A DNA stretch of 64,000 nucleotides, taken from IMG/VR virus record IMGVR_UViG_3300044970_001685, one strand, 5' to 3'. Both the position numbers and the translations under genes were made by a program. This document shows positions 45,401 through 55,625 of the stretch, piece after piece (position 1 is the first letter of the stretch; each line of letters starts with the position of its first letter). The stretch is from a virus. Below the pieces are notes generated by a model. That model did no database searches. It saw only the letters and a list, made by a program, of their open reading frames with translations, and had not been told where the DNA came from.

Positions 45401-48035
45401 TTATTACTTATATGTCCTAAATTCTGGAACTGCAATTCCTGTTGAATTTACAGATTTTAAATGTTCACAAAGAGTATCTGATCTATATCCACAACAAGAT
45501 AGAGATAATCACGAAGATAATCCACCAGCAGCGAAAAGCTTTACTAAAAGACATCCAAAGGGAGATGTTTCCACAAATGATTTAAAGAGAAGTATAACAA
45601 GAGAAACACTTGATAAATTTGTTGATACATTCTCTCACGGTAGAAAAATTACTGGTGTTTCAGATTCTGGAACTGCTGCAACACTGACATTTGATGGAGA
45701 GCATCAACTTGGTGGTATTAAAGCATACACCACACTCAATGGTGGATCTGGACATACAAATGGTACATATTATAATGTAAGATTATTTAATAGTAATGCT
45801 GCACCATCATCAGCAGTTTGGGATGGAGCCACTGCAAATGTAACAGTTAGTGGTGGTGCTGTTACTGCTGCAACTCTTGTTGAAGCAGGTTCGGGATATA
45901 CTGATGGCGAACAACTTTATTTTGATAGTAGTGTAATTGGTGGAACACCTCAGGCAAATGTTGTAATTAATAGTGTCGGTATTTCAACAGCAGTTGATAA
46001 TTATGTTCAAGTTACTGGTATTGGAACGACCGCTGGTGGATATTTTAGAATTACTTCTGCATCAAACAAGAGTGCAATTTCTATCGCAAAAACAGCAGGT
46101 GATCCATTAATTGTTGCAAATCAATATGCTCTTAATATTGGTCCAGCAATTACGATTAGACAAACCGAATACGATAGTACAATTGGTATTGCAACTTATC
46201 AATCACTCAGTTCTCCTCACGGACTGCTTGCTGGTAATGCACTTAGAATATTAGATAGTAGTAATAATAATCTAGGTGATTATATTGTCAATAACGTCAA
46301 TAGTGTTAATGAATTCACAGTAAAAACACCAATTTCATTGGCAGACGCTAGATGGTCATTAAAACATGGTATGTCTGCAAATAGTGCAAGTGCAGATAAT
46401 CTTGGAGAAAATCTTGGTGTAAGATCTCTTGCAATTTATGATAATGAACTTTTAATTCTTGGTGAAACAATTACAAGTGATGAAGAATTCATCGTAGATC
46501 TTCCAGGTGCTGGTATTGGAACTGCAGCAAGATTCCCACTAGGTTCTTATATTCAAATTGACAATGAAATTATGCGAGTTAAGAGTAATACTCTTACTGG
46601 TGCTGGTTCAAATGAACTTCAAGTAATTCGTGGTTCAATGGGAACTATTATTGAATCTCATAATAGTGGTGCATTAATTAAAAAAATTAGACTAACCCCA
46701 ATCGAATTCCGCAGACCATCGATTGTTCGTGCCTCTGGTCACACATTCGAATACCTTGGATACGGTCCTGGTAACTATTCAACTGGTCTTCCACAAGTTC
46801 AAGTTAAAACTTTAAGCGAAAAAGAAGATTTCCTTGCACAAGCACAAGAAACATCGTGCGGATCTGTTCTTTACACTGGTATGAATAGTGATGGTGATTT
46901 CTACATTGGAAACACCAAATATTCAGCACAGTCCGGTGAGCAAACAACTTTTGACGTTCCTACACCAACAATTACTGGTGAAGATCCAAATCGTTTAAGT
47001 GTTGTATTTGATGAAGTTATCGTTAAAGAAAGAATTCTTGTAGAGGGTGGAAACTCTGGTCAGATTCTTTCACAATTTGACGGACCAGTCACATTTAATG
47101 GTGACGTGAGAATGAATCAACAACTTATTCTCAATGACAATTTAAGAGTTTCTGGGCACATTGAAGTAAAAAATGACACAGAATCTACGAGTTGTACAAC
47201 TGGTGCTCTTACTGTTGCTGGTGGAGTTGGCATTTCAAAGAGATTAAATGTTTGCGGTGACGTTAAATTTAACTCTACAACAGAATCTACATCAATTACA
47301 ACTGGATCGCTTGTTGTTAGTGGTGGTGTTGGCATAGGAAGTACTTTAAGTGTAGGCGCTGATATTTTCGTCAAAACTGACCGAAAAATTATATTAGGAG
47401 ATTCACAGCAACTTCAAATTTATACTGATAATACAAACAGTTATATTACTGAATCTAGTTCAGGAGCACTACAAATAAACACCAGTGCTCTACAAATCAA
47501 AAACGCAGCAGGATCAGAAACATTACTTACTGCAACAGAAAATGATGCTGTTGCACTATACTATGATAATGTTTCTAGACTTCAAACATCTTCTTCTGGA
47601 ATCACAGTTTCTGGTGATGCTTCGATTAGTGGATCTATCTCTGGATCTTCATTATCAATTTCAGGTTCAGCTACCGTAGGTCCTTTAACAGTTAATGGAT
47701 CTATTCAAGCAACTGGTGACATAAGTGCATTTGTTTCTGATGATAGACTGAAAACCGATAGAGTTATAATTGCAAATGCTCTTGAAAAAGTATGTTCTTT
47801 AAATGGATTTACCTACAGATTCAATGATCTTGCTGGCCAGTTTGGGTTGAATACAGAAGAAACACACGTCGGTGTTTCTGCCCAAGAGGTTTATGAAGTT
47901 CTTCCAGAAGTAACAGGACCAGCTCCAATTAATTCTGAATATATTACTGTAAAATATGATAAGTTGGTTCCCCTACTTATTGAGGCAATTAAAGAACTTA
48001 AAAAAGAAATCGAAGAATTAAAATCTTCCAAATAA
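42483..48035 (+). CDS. Large virion structural/tail-fibre protein with a C-terminal S74-type chaperone
   Basis: 1850 aa; PFKTIQRAL near the N-terminus; SDDRLK...G.SAQEV...P...V.YDKL.PLLIEAIKEL. Confidence 0.8.
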   Translation: MPLNKLENFIKNTEGRILYVNPNDLDATDGIENQGNSLTKPFKTIQRALIESARFSYLRGNDNDITEKTTILLFPGEHLVDNRPGYAIKDNGGVATAVSPTGAESFAGAELTLTLNSNFDLTQSDNILYKFNSIYGGAVVPRGTSIVGLDLRKTKIRPKYVPNPTDSNAPTSAIFRITGACYFWQFSIFDGNELGLVYTDPSDFSANNQSRPTFSHHKLTCFEYADGVNLPSGYAITDLDMYYSKVGNAFNRASGREIDQKYPSEPNSFAKQRPEWEIVGAFAADPITISSIISGDGATPGTVVTVTTQTPHGLTGGTPIKIRGINVNDYNISTKVSSVISSTTFTYSLSNVRANLPAGPAAGLAPGPTAAVIIETDTVSGASPYVFNVSLRSVWGMNGMHADGAKASGFRSMVVAQFTAVSLQKDDRAFVKYNPSNRTYDSIGITKVTGEALSSESSSINQAFVYHLDPDAIYRQGWEISHIKMSNDAFIQIVSVFAIGFTYHFDTRSGGDASITNSNSNFGQVSLLADGFKAEAFTKDNKGYITSIVSPRAIVKDESQIEWVQFDVSKTKSVGISNHLYLLGYNKLDIAPPIISQGYRIGARVNDAVYVSTYKANILMTNGPIVSPATTISGSDSSAKVYKTTLSNTSNGTVYTIPTGHSLRNGESIRIFSETGDLPEGIEENTLYYAVTSEKKTTLGATEIQIASSRTNASSQTPLTITAYGGQQLRIESRVSDKESGELGHPIQWDPNQNQWFVHVSANSELYTYINGLTIPETDISYVLRKEDDRSLDEKIYKLRYVIPKELSNGRAPSEGFVIQESSSTSVRENSDFSLTSLTRSDYDYDRNPRFISTCTFNSGTATVTVRADSTHDLRVGDKIIVTNAQSTTNTSGTKNIGYNGTFAVSAITDDKTFSYSSTDIFGVTHNPGTFTSNTNTRTKDLPRFTRSDVIDNFYVYRSEVVTPYIYNVQDGVYYLYVLNSGTAIPVEFTDFKCSQRVSDLYPQQDRDNHEDNPPAAKSFTKRHPKGDVSTNDLKRSITRETLDKFVDTFSHGRKITGVSDSGTAATLTFDGEHQLGGIKAYTTLNGGSGHTNGTYYNVRLFNSNAAPSSAVWDGATANVTVSGGAVTAATLVEAGSGYTDGEQLYFDSSVIGGTPQANVVINSVGISTAVDNYVQVTGIGTTAGGYFRITSASNKSAISIAKTAGDPLIVANQYALNIGPAITIRQTEYDSTIGIATYQSLSSPHGLLAGNALRILDSSNNNLGDYIVNNVNSVNEFTVKTPISLADARWSLKHGMSANSASADNLGENLGVRSLAIYDNELLILGETITSDEEFIVDLPGAGIGTAARFPLGSYIQIDNEIMRVKSNTLTGAGSNELQVIRGSMGTIIESHNSGALIKKIRLTPIEFRRPSIVRASGHTFEYLGYGPGNYSTGLPQVQVKTLSEKEDFLAQAQETSCGSVLYTGMNSDGDFYIGNTKYSAQSGEQTTFDVPTPTITGEDPNRLSVVFDEVIVKERILVEGGNSGQILSQFDGPVTFNGDVRMNQQLILNDNLRVSGHIEVKNDTESTSCTTGALTVAGGVGISKRLNVCGDVKFNSTTESTSITTGSLVVSGGVGIGSTLSVGADIFVKTDRKIILGDSQQLQIYTDNTNSYITESSSGALQINTSALQIKNAAGSETLLTATENDAVALYYDNVSRLQTSSSGITVSGDASISGSISGSSLSISGSATVGPLTVNGSIQATGDISAFVSDDRLKTDRVIIANALEKVCSLNGFTYRFNDLAGQFGLNTEETHVGVSAQEVYEVLPEVTGPAPINSEYITVKYDKLVPLLIEAIKELKKEIEELKSSK

Positions 48036-48052
48036 TTAGGAGTAAATATCAA

Positions 48053-50059
48053 ATGACTTTACAAGGCTCTGGCACAATAAGGTTTTCTGATATCACTAAT
48101 GAATTTGGAACTCCCCCAAATAGAAATATTGGGGCTTATCGAGTTAGTGAATCATTTAGTGGACTTACAAATATGCCACTTGATGATGGAATTCCACAAT
48201 CTGGTAGAATTAATTTTAGTGATTTTTATAATAAAAAACTTAATATGGTTGTCGATTGTTTTAGTAGTTCTGGTTCAATACCATCTCAGTTTCATTTCGA
48301 CACGATGCAAGCACTTGAAACTGGTTTAAGAGATGTATGGTTTAGAGTTGATAATTCATCAACAACTCCAACAGTATATTTGGAGTCATTTGGATCTGGT
48401 GTTGCTACTGTTCCTATTAGAATTAGAATAAATGATGATCCATCATCTCAAGGATCTTCTTTTGGAAGTATAACATTTCAACAACATAATGCAAGTAACA
48501 TCACTGTAAATTTTTCGAATGGTCTAGATACAACTATTAATGTTCAAATAAGTGATTCTCCACTAGTAGTTACTTTTTCAGGACTGATAGAAAATTTAAG
48601 ATTTCTTGATATGGTAACTGAGAATAGTTTGGTAATATCTCCCCCACCAGGAGATAGTGCATTACCAAATCTTGCGAAAGGTTTGGCTTTAAGAGATAGA
48701 GGTGGTAGTGATGCCAAAACAAAAATAACAATTGGAACTGCATCTGCTGTAAGTGGAAACAATACCAGAGTTGCTGATCGACAATTGTATCCATATAAAC
48801 CAGATCCTTATCGTTATCCAGCAAACGCAGAAGTATCAGATGCAAATTTTGTGTCCAGATATGCAGTTACTTATTATAATGTTTATGATACTTCGAATAA
48901 TTATGCTGTAATTAATAATCCAACACCTGCTGGTGAATTTACCTGGACTTATGCAAGAGTAACATTCCCATCAAATACTTATTATAGAATTAAATGTGTA
49001 GTAGATGATAATGCAACCATTACTATTGGTAGTGTATTTACTTTTAATGCAGGATTTAATCCAATAGGTTCTCCTGGTATATTCAATGCTTACGACAATA
49101 CAACTTTCATATCAGCAGGAACTTATGATATACGTGTCACATACCGTCAGGGTCCAAATGGTCCAATATCAGGGGGAAATTTATCCTATTTTGCATTAAC
49201 AATTGATACGGCAACTAGCACTCCATCATTATCATCATCGGCAATAGATAAATGTGGATTAAAATCTAGATATAATAATCTAGCAAATTCAACTCGAGTT
49301 ATTGGTGGATTTAAAGGAAAACCATCTTCAACTTCTGGAACAAAAGTATGGGCAGATGTTAATACAACAATTTACAATAGCACACAAAGAACAGGAACTA
49401 CAACAGCAGCGTTTAGAACAGGAATATGGGATTCTGGTACAGAATTAATAGTTAATGTTGGTCCAAGTGGTCAAATATATGGATATGGTGGAATTGGGGG
49501 AAGAGGTGGTGGATCTTTTGGTCCAGCAATATCAGGAGAACCAGCAGGATGTGCATTTTCAGCACAAACATCTTGCACACTTCGAAATTATGGTCTGATT
49601 GTTCAAGGATATGGAGGAGGTGGTGGTGGAAATGGTGCTTCTTTCACTACACAAGTTTGTACATCAAGAACAGTTGGTACTGGTAGAAATCGAAGAACAG
49701 TAACTAGTTGTACAACATATGCAAACTACTCTACCGGTGGTGGAGGAGGTGGAGGTAGAGGATATCCTGCGGGAACTGGTGGTGCTGCTGGCGGAGGTGC
49801 ATACGGTCCAAGTGGAACTACTGGAGGATCTGGTGGTGTTGGATCATTAAGTAGTGGAGGATCTGGTGGTGGAGGTGGAACCAATGCTAGCCCTGGTGGT
49901 AATGGAAGACCAGGATCTCCCGGAGCAAGTCCTAATGGTGCAGCAGGTGGTGAAAATGGAGCAGCAATTACAACAGCTCCTGGTGTTTCTGTTACTCTTC
50001 AAAACTATGGACAAATATTTGGAAGAACTCTTAGCGATATCAACACAATATTGTATTGA
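48053..50059 (+). CDS. Fibre-tip/adhesin protein with a gp38-like Gly-rich C-terminus
   Basis: SG.I.FSDI.NEFG...GIPQSG.INFSDFY; G.IYGYGG.GG.GG; NYG.I..GYGGGGGG. Confidence 0.65.
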   Translation: MTLQGSGTIRFSDITNEFGTPPNRNIGAYRVSESFSGLTNMPLDDGIPQSGRINFSDFYNKKLNMVVDCFSSSGSIPSQFHFDTMQALETGLRDVWFRVDNSSTTPTVYLESFGSGVATVPIRIRINDDPSSQGSSFGSITFQQHNASNITVNFSNGLDTTINVQISDSPLVVTFSGLIENLRFLDMVTENSLVISPPPGDSALPNLAKGLALRDRGGSDAKTKITIGTASAVSGNNTRVADRQLYPYKPDPYRYPANAEVSDANFVSRYAVTYYNVYDTSNNYAVINNPTPAGEFTWTYARVTFPSNTYYRIKCVVDDNATITIGSVFTFNAGFNPIGSPGIFNAYDNTTFISAGTYDIRVTYRQGPNGPISGGNLSYFALTIDTATSTPSLSSSAIDKCGLKSRYNNLANSTRVIGGFKGKPSSTSGTKVWADVNTTIYNSTQRTGTTTAAFRTGIWDSGTELIVNVGPSGQIYGYGGIGGRGGGSFGPAISGEPAGCAFSAQTSCTLRNYGLIVQGYGGGGGGNGASFTTQVCTSRTVGTGRNRRTVTSCTTYANYSTGGGGGGGRGYPAGTGGAAGGGAYGPSGTTGGSGGVGSLSSGGSGGGGGTNASPGGNGRPGSPGASPNGAAGGENGAAITTAPGVSVTLQNYGQIFGRTLSDINTILY

Positions 50060-50097
50060 TGTGTATAAGGATAAATAACTAGAAAATCCCATATAAG

Positions 50098-52152
50098 ATG
50101 TCAAATATTAGAAAGCAGTTTAACTTTCGCAATGGACTACAAGTTGATGATGATAATTTAGTTATAAGTCCAGCTGGTTTGGTTGGTATTGGCACGACAA
50201 TTCCAACAGAAACCTTAGACATTCGTGGGATTAGTCCAGCACAAGCGACTGTAAAAGTAGTTGGATTGGTAACTGCAAATCAAATTTATACTCCTACATT
50301 AACTGCTACTAATGTTTCAATTAATAGTTTATCTGTAAATAGTATTCTTGGTGCAGGTTTAAGTTTATCAAGCGGAATTGTAACCGCATCTTCTGTATCT
50401 GGAATCGTAACTTATTATGGTGATGGTGGAAAACTACTTAACCTACCAACTTCACAATGGTTGGATGTTGATGTTGGTTTAGGATTTACCAGCATATATG
50501 CTCAGGGATTTGTTGGTGTTGCAACAAATGATCCTAGATTTGCTTTCCAAGTTGGTGGAAATAACTTAGTATCATCGTTCGAAAATGGTGTAGGTATTAA
50601 TAATTTGGGTGAAATTTATGCCACTGGCATAGTTACTGCTTCAAAATTTGTCGGAATTGGTTCAAATTTAACTCTCATTAATGCTGATAATATTTCTTCT
50701 GGTACTATTAGTACTGACAGAATTCCGCAATTACCAAACAGTAAATTACCTTTAAATATTAATTCATCTGGAATAATTACTGCTTCTGGTGGATTTATTG
50801 GTAATTTAACAGGAAACGTAACTGGTAATCTAGTTGGTATTGCCTCAACAGCAAGAGATTTAACTTCTGATGCTAGATTGAATATTAACAGTATTTCCTG
50901 TAACGTTTCAAATATTGGTGTATCAACAATAGGAACGAGACTAGATGTAATTGGATCTGTTGGCGTAGGAACTAGTGGTGCTTCTGGTTATCAAAGTGAC
51001 ATTCACGTTTCCAGAACAGGAATATCATCTATTCAAATTTCTTCCCAAAACTCAGAATCTTATATTACTTTAAGTAGAGGATTCAATCAAAATTTAAATG
51101 CTGCAGCATTTAAATATGGAAATCAAATTGGCATTTACCCATACAGCACGATTAACTCTCTTGATATTATAAACTATGATGCTGGAAATGTAAACAACTA
51201 TATTCATCTCGGAGTATCAACTGGCATCTCGACAGGTGGATTTAATTGGATCTATGGAAAAGATTCAACAAATACATTAATGACTTTGACCTATACCGGA
51301 AATTTAGGTTTAGGTAATACAAATCCAACAGTTAAGTTAGATGTAGTTGGTGATGCTTCAATTAGTGGTACTTTAAACGCTAATGATAATGTTTCTGTTG
51401 GTTCAAGTTTAACTGTCAACAATTTATATGTAACTGGAACGGCATCAATTCCTGGGTTAACCACTTCTTCTGGTGGAACAACAATTACAGAGAACTTTAA
51501 TTTAACCTCAGGTGTATCAACAGCATTTAATTTAGATGTCTCTGGTAGTAGATTATTCTTACCATTTAATTCTTCGATTGGTATTGGAACAACACAACCA
51601 ACCTCAGACATTCAAATTGGAATTGGTGAGGGATCTGTTGTCATTAGTAGTGGTGGAATAGGAATTGGAACAACATCTATTCCTATTGGAATTGGATTAG
51701 ATGCAAGGAATACAATAGGATTATTTGAATCTATTGGTCTTGGGACAGATTTCCCAGTAAGTTCTGTTGATTTCGCTCTTGCAGGAGTTGGTGTCAATAC
51801 CGCAGGAAGATTCCTACGTCTTCCAACTATTACCAGTTCTGTTAGAACAACTATAAATTCTGAAAATGATGATGTAGATGTACAAGGTGGTATTGTTTTC
51901 AATTCTTCAACAAATACTTTTGAGGGATTTGTTGGAGCAGGAAGCAGTTGGGTCAATCTTGGTATTCAGACATCAAGAATAAATTCTGATGAAATTAAAG
52001 TTGGTACAGGTGTAACAGTAAATTCAGGAATTGTTACTGCAACAAATGGATTTAATAGTGGTATAGGAACTGCTGTCAAAATAACCACAGTTGGGAACAG
52101 AATTTTCTTCACTGTTCCAGGAGTTGGATCAACTTCCCTTGTTTTATATTAA
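50098..52152 (+). CDS. Tail-fibre-like protein
   Basis: FNFRNG.QVD.DN; repeated VGIGTT.P and GIVTA motifs. Confidence 0.75.
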   Translation: MSNIRKQFNFRNGLQVDDDNLVISPAGLVGIGTTIPTETLDIRGISPAQATVKVVGLVTANQIYTPTLTATNVSINSLSVNSILGAGLSLSSGIVTASSVSGIVTYYGDGGKLLNLPTSQWLDVDVGLGFTSIYAQGFVGVATNDPRFAFQVGGNNLVSSFENGVGINNLGEIYATGIVTASKFVGIGSNLTLINADNISSGTISTDRIPQLPNSKLPLNINSSGIITASGGFIGNLTGNVTGNLVGIASTARDLTSDARLNINSISCNVSNIGVSTIGTRLDVIGSVGVGTSGASGYQSDIHVSRTGISSIQISSQNSESYITLSRGFNQNLNAAAFKYGNQIGIYPYSTINSLDIINYDAGNVNNYIHLGVSTGISTGGFNWIYGKDSTNTLMTLTYTGNLGLGNTNPTVKLDVVGDASISGTLNANDNVSVGSSLTVNNLYVTGTASIPGLTTSSGGTTITENFNLTSGVSTAFNLDVSGSRLFLPFNSSIGIGTTQPTSDIQIGIGEGSVVISSGGIGIGTTSIPIGIGLDARNTIGLFESIGLGTDFPVSSVDFALAGVGVNTAGRFLRLPTITSSVRTTINSENDDVDVQGGIVFNSSTNTFEGFVGAGSSWVNLGIQTSRINSDEIKVGTGVTVNSGIVTATNGFNSGIGTAVKITTVGNRIFFTVPGVGSTSLVLY

Positions 52153-52157
52153 ATGAC

Positions 52158-52187
52158 TTGACAGAACCCCTCAAATCACAGTAGAAT
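52158..52187 (+). promoter_or_regulatory. sigma70 promoter
   Basis: TTGACA-18 nt-TAGAAT. Confidence 0.65.
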
Positions 52188-52213
52188 CGCTTTGTTGCCG
52201 TTGAAGAGAAGGA

Positions 52214-52798
52214 ATGAGATTCAGCTTAGCTATTGGTAATCCTCCATATGGTGTTGGTGGTAATCTTGCTATAAAGTTCTTGAATAAGACTGCTGAGATT
52301 ACTGATGACATAAGGTTTGTATTACCAACTTCTGTACGCAAACCTTCTTCTTTGAATAAAATTAAAGGTCACCTTCATTGTGTTGTTGATGAAGATTTAG
52401 ATCCTTCCACATTTCCTGGTGGGATTAGTGCTGTAAAACAGTACTGGGAAGTTAGAAATACGTCTAGATTTAGGGTTGGAGTCGGAGAAATTCCGATGAT
52501 GCGTGAGCATTCTGACTTTGAGTTTCTTTCTTATGAGAGAAGATTTGAAGCAGATGTGTTTGTGGGTGAGTATGGTTGTGGACCCAGTGGTAGAGTTAAA
52601 ACTGAGAACTTTACTCATTATGCAAAGGGACATCACTTTCTCAAAGTTCGTTCACCAGATGTAATACAAAATCTCGTTGAGTTTGCGCCTGTGTTTAGAG
52701 AGGTTGCAAATCAGTGCAATGGACGGTATCATTTTGGTAAGAACGATCTAATCTCGACGTATGTGAGGTGTCTAGAAGAGAAAAATGGCAAAGAATAA
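52214..52798 (+). CDS. DNA amino-methyltransferase, catalytic (NPPY) half
   Basis: IGNPPY at residues 7-12; LAIKFLNK, FVLP; no SAM-binding motif I. Confidence 0.7.
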   Translation: MRFSLAIGNPPYGVGGNLAIKFLNKTAEITDDIRFVLPTSVRKPSSLNKIKGHLHCVVDEDLDPSTFPGGISAVKQYWEVRNTSRFRVGVGEIPMMREHSDFEFLSYERRFEADVFVGEYGCGPSGRVKTENFTHYAKGHHFLKVRSPDVIQNLVEFAPVFREVANQCNGRYHFGKNDLISTYVRCLEEKNGKE

Positions 52799-53186
52799 AC
52801 ATAATCTAGAAGTTGGATCTACGATTGAAAGATCCGATGAAAGAATTAAAGAAACACAAGAAGTTTTTACCCCACAAGAACTTGTCGAGAATATGATTGA
52901 TGAAATTCCTTTGGAATTACTTCAAGATCCGAGCAGTACTTTCATCGATAACTCGGCAGGGTCTGGTAATTTTCTTCTAGGATTAAAGAATCGTTTGTGT
53001 CAATATCATAGTGAAGAATATGTTTTGAATCATATGCTTTATGCTGTTGAGATGATGGAAGATAATCATAAAGAGTTATGCACTAGACTTGGAGTATCTG
53101 TTGATCATCCACACTATGTTTGTGCCGATGCTCTGGAATATGATTACTCATTTGGAGAACTTATCGGTATTGAAAAGTTTTTCTAA
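52785..53186 (+). CDS. DNA methyltransferase, SAM-binding half
   Basis: EVFTP (motif X), DNSAGSGNFL (motif I), YAVE, CADAL; no NPPY. Confidence 0.7.
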   Translation: MAKNKHNLEVGSTIERSDERIKETQEVFTPQELVENMIDEIPLELLQDPSSTFIDNSAGSGNFLLGLKNRLCQYHSEEYVLNHMLYAVEMMEDNHKELCTRLGVSVDHPHYVCADALEYDYSFGELIGIEKFF

Positions 53187-53197
53187 TCATTCGGGGG

Positions 53198-53226
53198 TTG
53201 ACGGCAAGGGAGATCCATCGTATATT
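53198..53226 (+). promoter_or_regulatory. sigma70 promoter
   Basis: TTGACG-17 nt-TATATT. Confidence 0.6.
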
Positions 53227-53260
53227 AAGCGGGTGGTTGAGGCACACTGCCAAAACCGAA

Positions 53261-54319
53261 ATGGACAAATTGCCGAATCTTATGACTTTCACTGAATTTA
53301 ACATCAATATTCCTTCTGACTATCAACCGCATCCGCAAGATGATGCTGTTCTGCGTCTTGTAGAAGAAATTCGTTCCTATCCTATTCCTGACCAATACGA
53401 AACTCTGGAATATGTGGAAACTCGTGCTATTAATGTAAATACCGTTCAAAAACCTGGTAAAGCAAACGTTGGTCGCTTTCGTGGTATCACCAAAACTTCT
53501 TATGAAACTGTTGACCGTTCGATGTCGAAGGGTTGGAAGTTTGGTAAGCGACCTGCCTGTATGCTTGAAGGTGAAGATTGGTTGCTGAATGGTAATCATC
53601 GTCTCCGTTGGTATAAGGAAAATGGTTATACCTGGATGCCTGTTGATATCTTCCGCCCCAAAGAAAATTATAGTGTTGGTGACGTAATCGATGAGATTGG
53701 TCTACTTCACCAACCCCAACCTGATGGAACTGCTGCTTGTTTCGAAGACTACAAAGCACGTGGTATTCTTTTCATTGAGCGAAAGAAAAATGAGGGTGTA
53801 GAAGTTACTTCCGAACTTGTGAGTGCTTGGGTAGAAAAGTTTGCTCCTAATGAGACCAAACTCTCCCGCAGCAATCTCAAAAAAGCAATCTTCAATAACA
53901 CTGGAAAGAGCGCATTTCTTGCTTCTATTTCCCGAAATGAAGTTATTGATATGCTTATTTTAGACAAGGGTTTTGTAATTCGTGAATGTGATTTCAAACT
54001 TGAAGATGATGTAAAAGTTGTACATCGCCTTTATGAGGCAAGTCAAAAGGTTTTCCTCCGCGATTTCTTGCCTATCTTCTTTGATGCTGCTTCTAAGGGA
54101 ATCAAGACTGTTGTCCACTTCTATGTGACTACCTCTAACGTAAAAGATGGTAATGATCTTCGCAAAGTTGTAGAAACACGCAAGCAAGAAGCATATCGTG
54201 TGATCTCTTCTCTTGAAACTTTTAACACTCACAATTCTTCTTTGCGCGATTATCTTGAATTTGGATACCGTGCTCCTCAGATTTGTGGGATGGATGGGGA
54301 AGAACTGGTTAAACTCTGA
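53261..54319 (+). CDS. ParB/Srx-like domain protein
   Basis: S...GW....P.....WLLNGNHRL; start placed downstream of the promoter (53261 or 53282). Confidence 0.5.
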   Translation: MDKLPNLMTFTEFNINIPSDYQPHPQDDAVLRLVEEIRSYPIPDQYETLEYVETRAINVNTVQKPGKANVGRFRGITKTSYETVDRSMSKGWKFGKRPACMLEGEDWLLNGNHRLRWYKENGYTWMPVDIFRPKENYSVGDVIDEIGLLHQPQPDGTAACFEDYKARGILFIERKKNEGVEVTSELVSAWVEKFAPNETKLSRSNLKKAIFNNTGKSAFLASISRNEVIDMLILDKGFVIRECDFKLEDDVKVVHRLYEASQKVFLRDFLPIFFDAASKGIKTVVHFYVTTSNVKDGNDLRKVVETRKQEAYRVISSLETFNTHNSSLRDYLEFGYRAPQICGMDGEELVKL

Positions 54320-54376
54320 TCCACTTTCATAACTGTCACAGGGGGGCTTTGGTTCCCCTGTTTTTTGCTGTATAAT
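54318..54376 (+). promoter_or_regulatory. Palindrome + hairpin + -10 early promoter element
   Basis: GATCCACTT-TCAT-AACTGTCAC, CAGGGG/CCCCTG plus T6, TATAAT. Confidence 0.7.
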
Positions 54377-54395
54377 AACTGTATTGAAACGCAAG

Positions 54396-55625
54396 ATGAT
54401 GTTCCAACTTCGCCCTCACCAACAACGTGCTCTGGATGCCCTTGCCAAGTACCTGAAAGGGCAAGTGATTATCCCCACTGGCGGCGGCAAGACTAATGTT
54501 GCTATCTTTGATGCTATTCGTGAGTTTCTTAAGAATATTCCCCAGACTATCGTGGTCGTGGCACCGCGCATCCTCCTGGCAGAGCAATTGTCCAGTGAGT
54601 TCTTGGAGTTCATCACCAATGCTTCTGTGCTGCACGTTCACAGTGGTGAAACTCATCACCAGAGCACCACTCGCCCGAATGAGATTCGTAACTGGGTGGA
54701 TCAGACTCGTGGTAACAAACTGATCTTCACCACCTACAACTCTCTGCAACGCCTGCAACAGGCAGACGTTCACGTCAATACCATTTACTTCGATGAAGCA
54801 CACAACTCTGTCCAGCGCCATTTCTTCCCTGCCACCGAGCATTTCGCTTCTACTGCTGACCGCTGCTATTTCTTCACTGCTACTCCTAAGCATTCTGCTA
54901 CTATTTCCAAACCTGGGATGAACGACGCTGCCGTTTATGGCAACGTGATCTGCAACGTACCTGCTCCTGAACTGGTAGAAGGTGGTTTCATTGTTCCTCC
55001 TAAGGTTGTTGTGCAGCAGTTTGAGATGCTCTCTAAGGATCAGATTGTTGCTGATGTTGACTGTGAGAACCTGATTGCTACCATCGATGCTCAGGAAGTG
55101 GAGAAGGTTCTGATTTGTGCAAAAGCAACCAAACAGATTCAGAATCTGGTTTCTCAAACTGATTTCTGCACTCAACTGGAAGATCGTGGTTTCTCTTGGA
55201 TGTATATCACCAGCAAGACTGGCGCTATCATCGATGGGCAGAAGGTCAACCGTGAGGTGTTTTTTGATACTCTCAGTGCTTGGGGTAAGGATGACTCTAA
55301 GAAGTTTGTGGTTCTTCATCACAGCATTCTTTCTGAGGGAATCAATGTTTCTGGTCTGGAAGCAGTTCTCTTTATGCGTTCGATGGATTACATTGGCGTC
55401 TCCCAAACCATCGGTCGTGTGATTCGCCTCCACCAGAGCGACGCAGCGGCACTCAGGAGCGGCGCTATTGCCCCTGGAAACCTTTCCGAGTATACTAAGT
55501 CCTTTGGGTTGGTCTGCATCCCTGTGTACTCTTCTGTGGGCATCAGCACCGCTAAGAAGGTGCAAGCGGTGGTGGACACCGTGTTCAATCAAGGTCAACC
55601 TGCAATTTCGGTAGTGAAGCGATGA
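54396..55625 (+). CDS. SF2 DEAH-box helicase
   Basis: LRPHQ, PTGGGKT, DEAH, TATP, LSEGIN, QTIGRVIR. Confidence 0.9.
   Translation: MMFQLRPHQQRALDALAKYLKGQVIIPTGGGKTNVAIFDAIREFLKNIPQTIVVVAPRILLAEQLSSEFLEFITNASVLHVHSGETHHQSTTRPNEIRNWVDQTRGNKLIFTTYNSLQRLQQADVHVNTIYFDEAHNSVQRHFFPATEHFASTADRCYFFTATPKHSATISKPGMNDAAVYGNVICNVPAPELVEGGFIVPPKVVVQQFEMLSKDQIVADVDCENLIATIDAQEVEKVLICAKATKQIQNLVSQTDFCTQLEDRGFSWMYITSKTGAIIDGQKVNREVFFDTLSAWGKDDSKKFVVLHHSILSEGINVSGLEAVLFMRSMDYIGVSQTIGRVIRLHQSDAAALRSGAIAPGNLSEYTKSFGLVCIPVYSSVGISTAKKVQAVVDTVFNQGQPAISVVKR

Noticed and set aside
54336-55598. 420-aa antisense ORF opposite the helicase
   Set aside because: Shadow of the strongly codon-biased sense gene; no motifs or RBS, and the sense strand has all SF2 motifs
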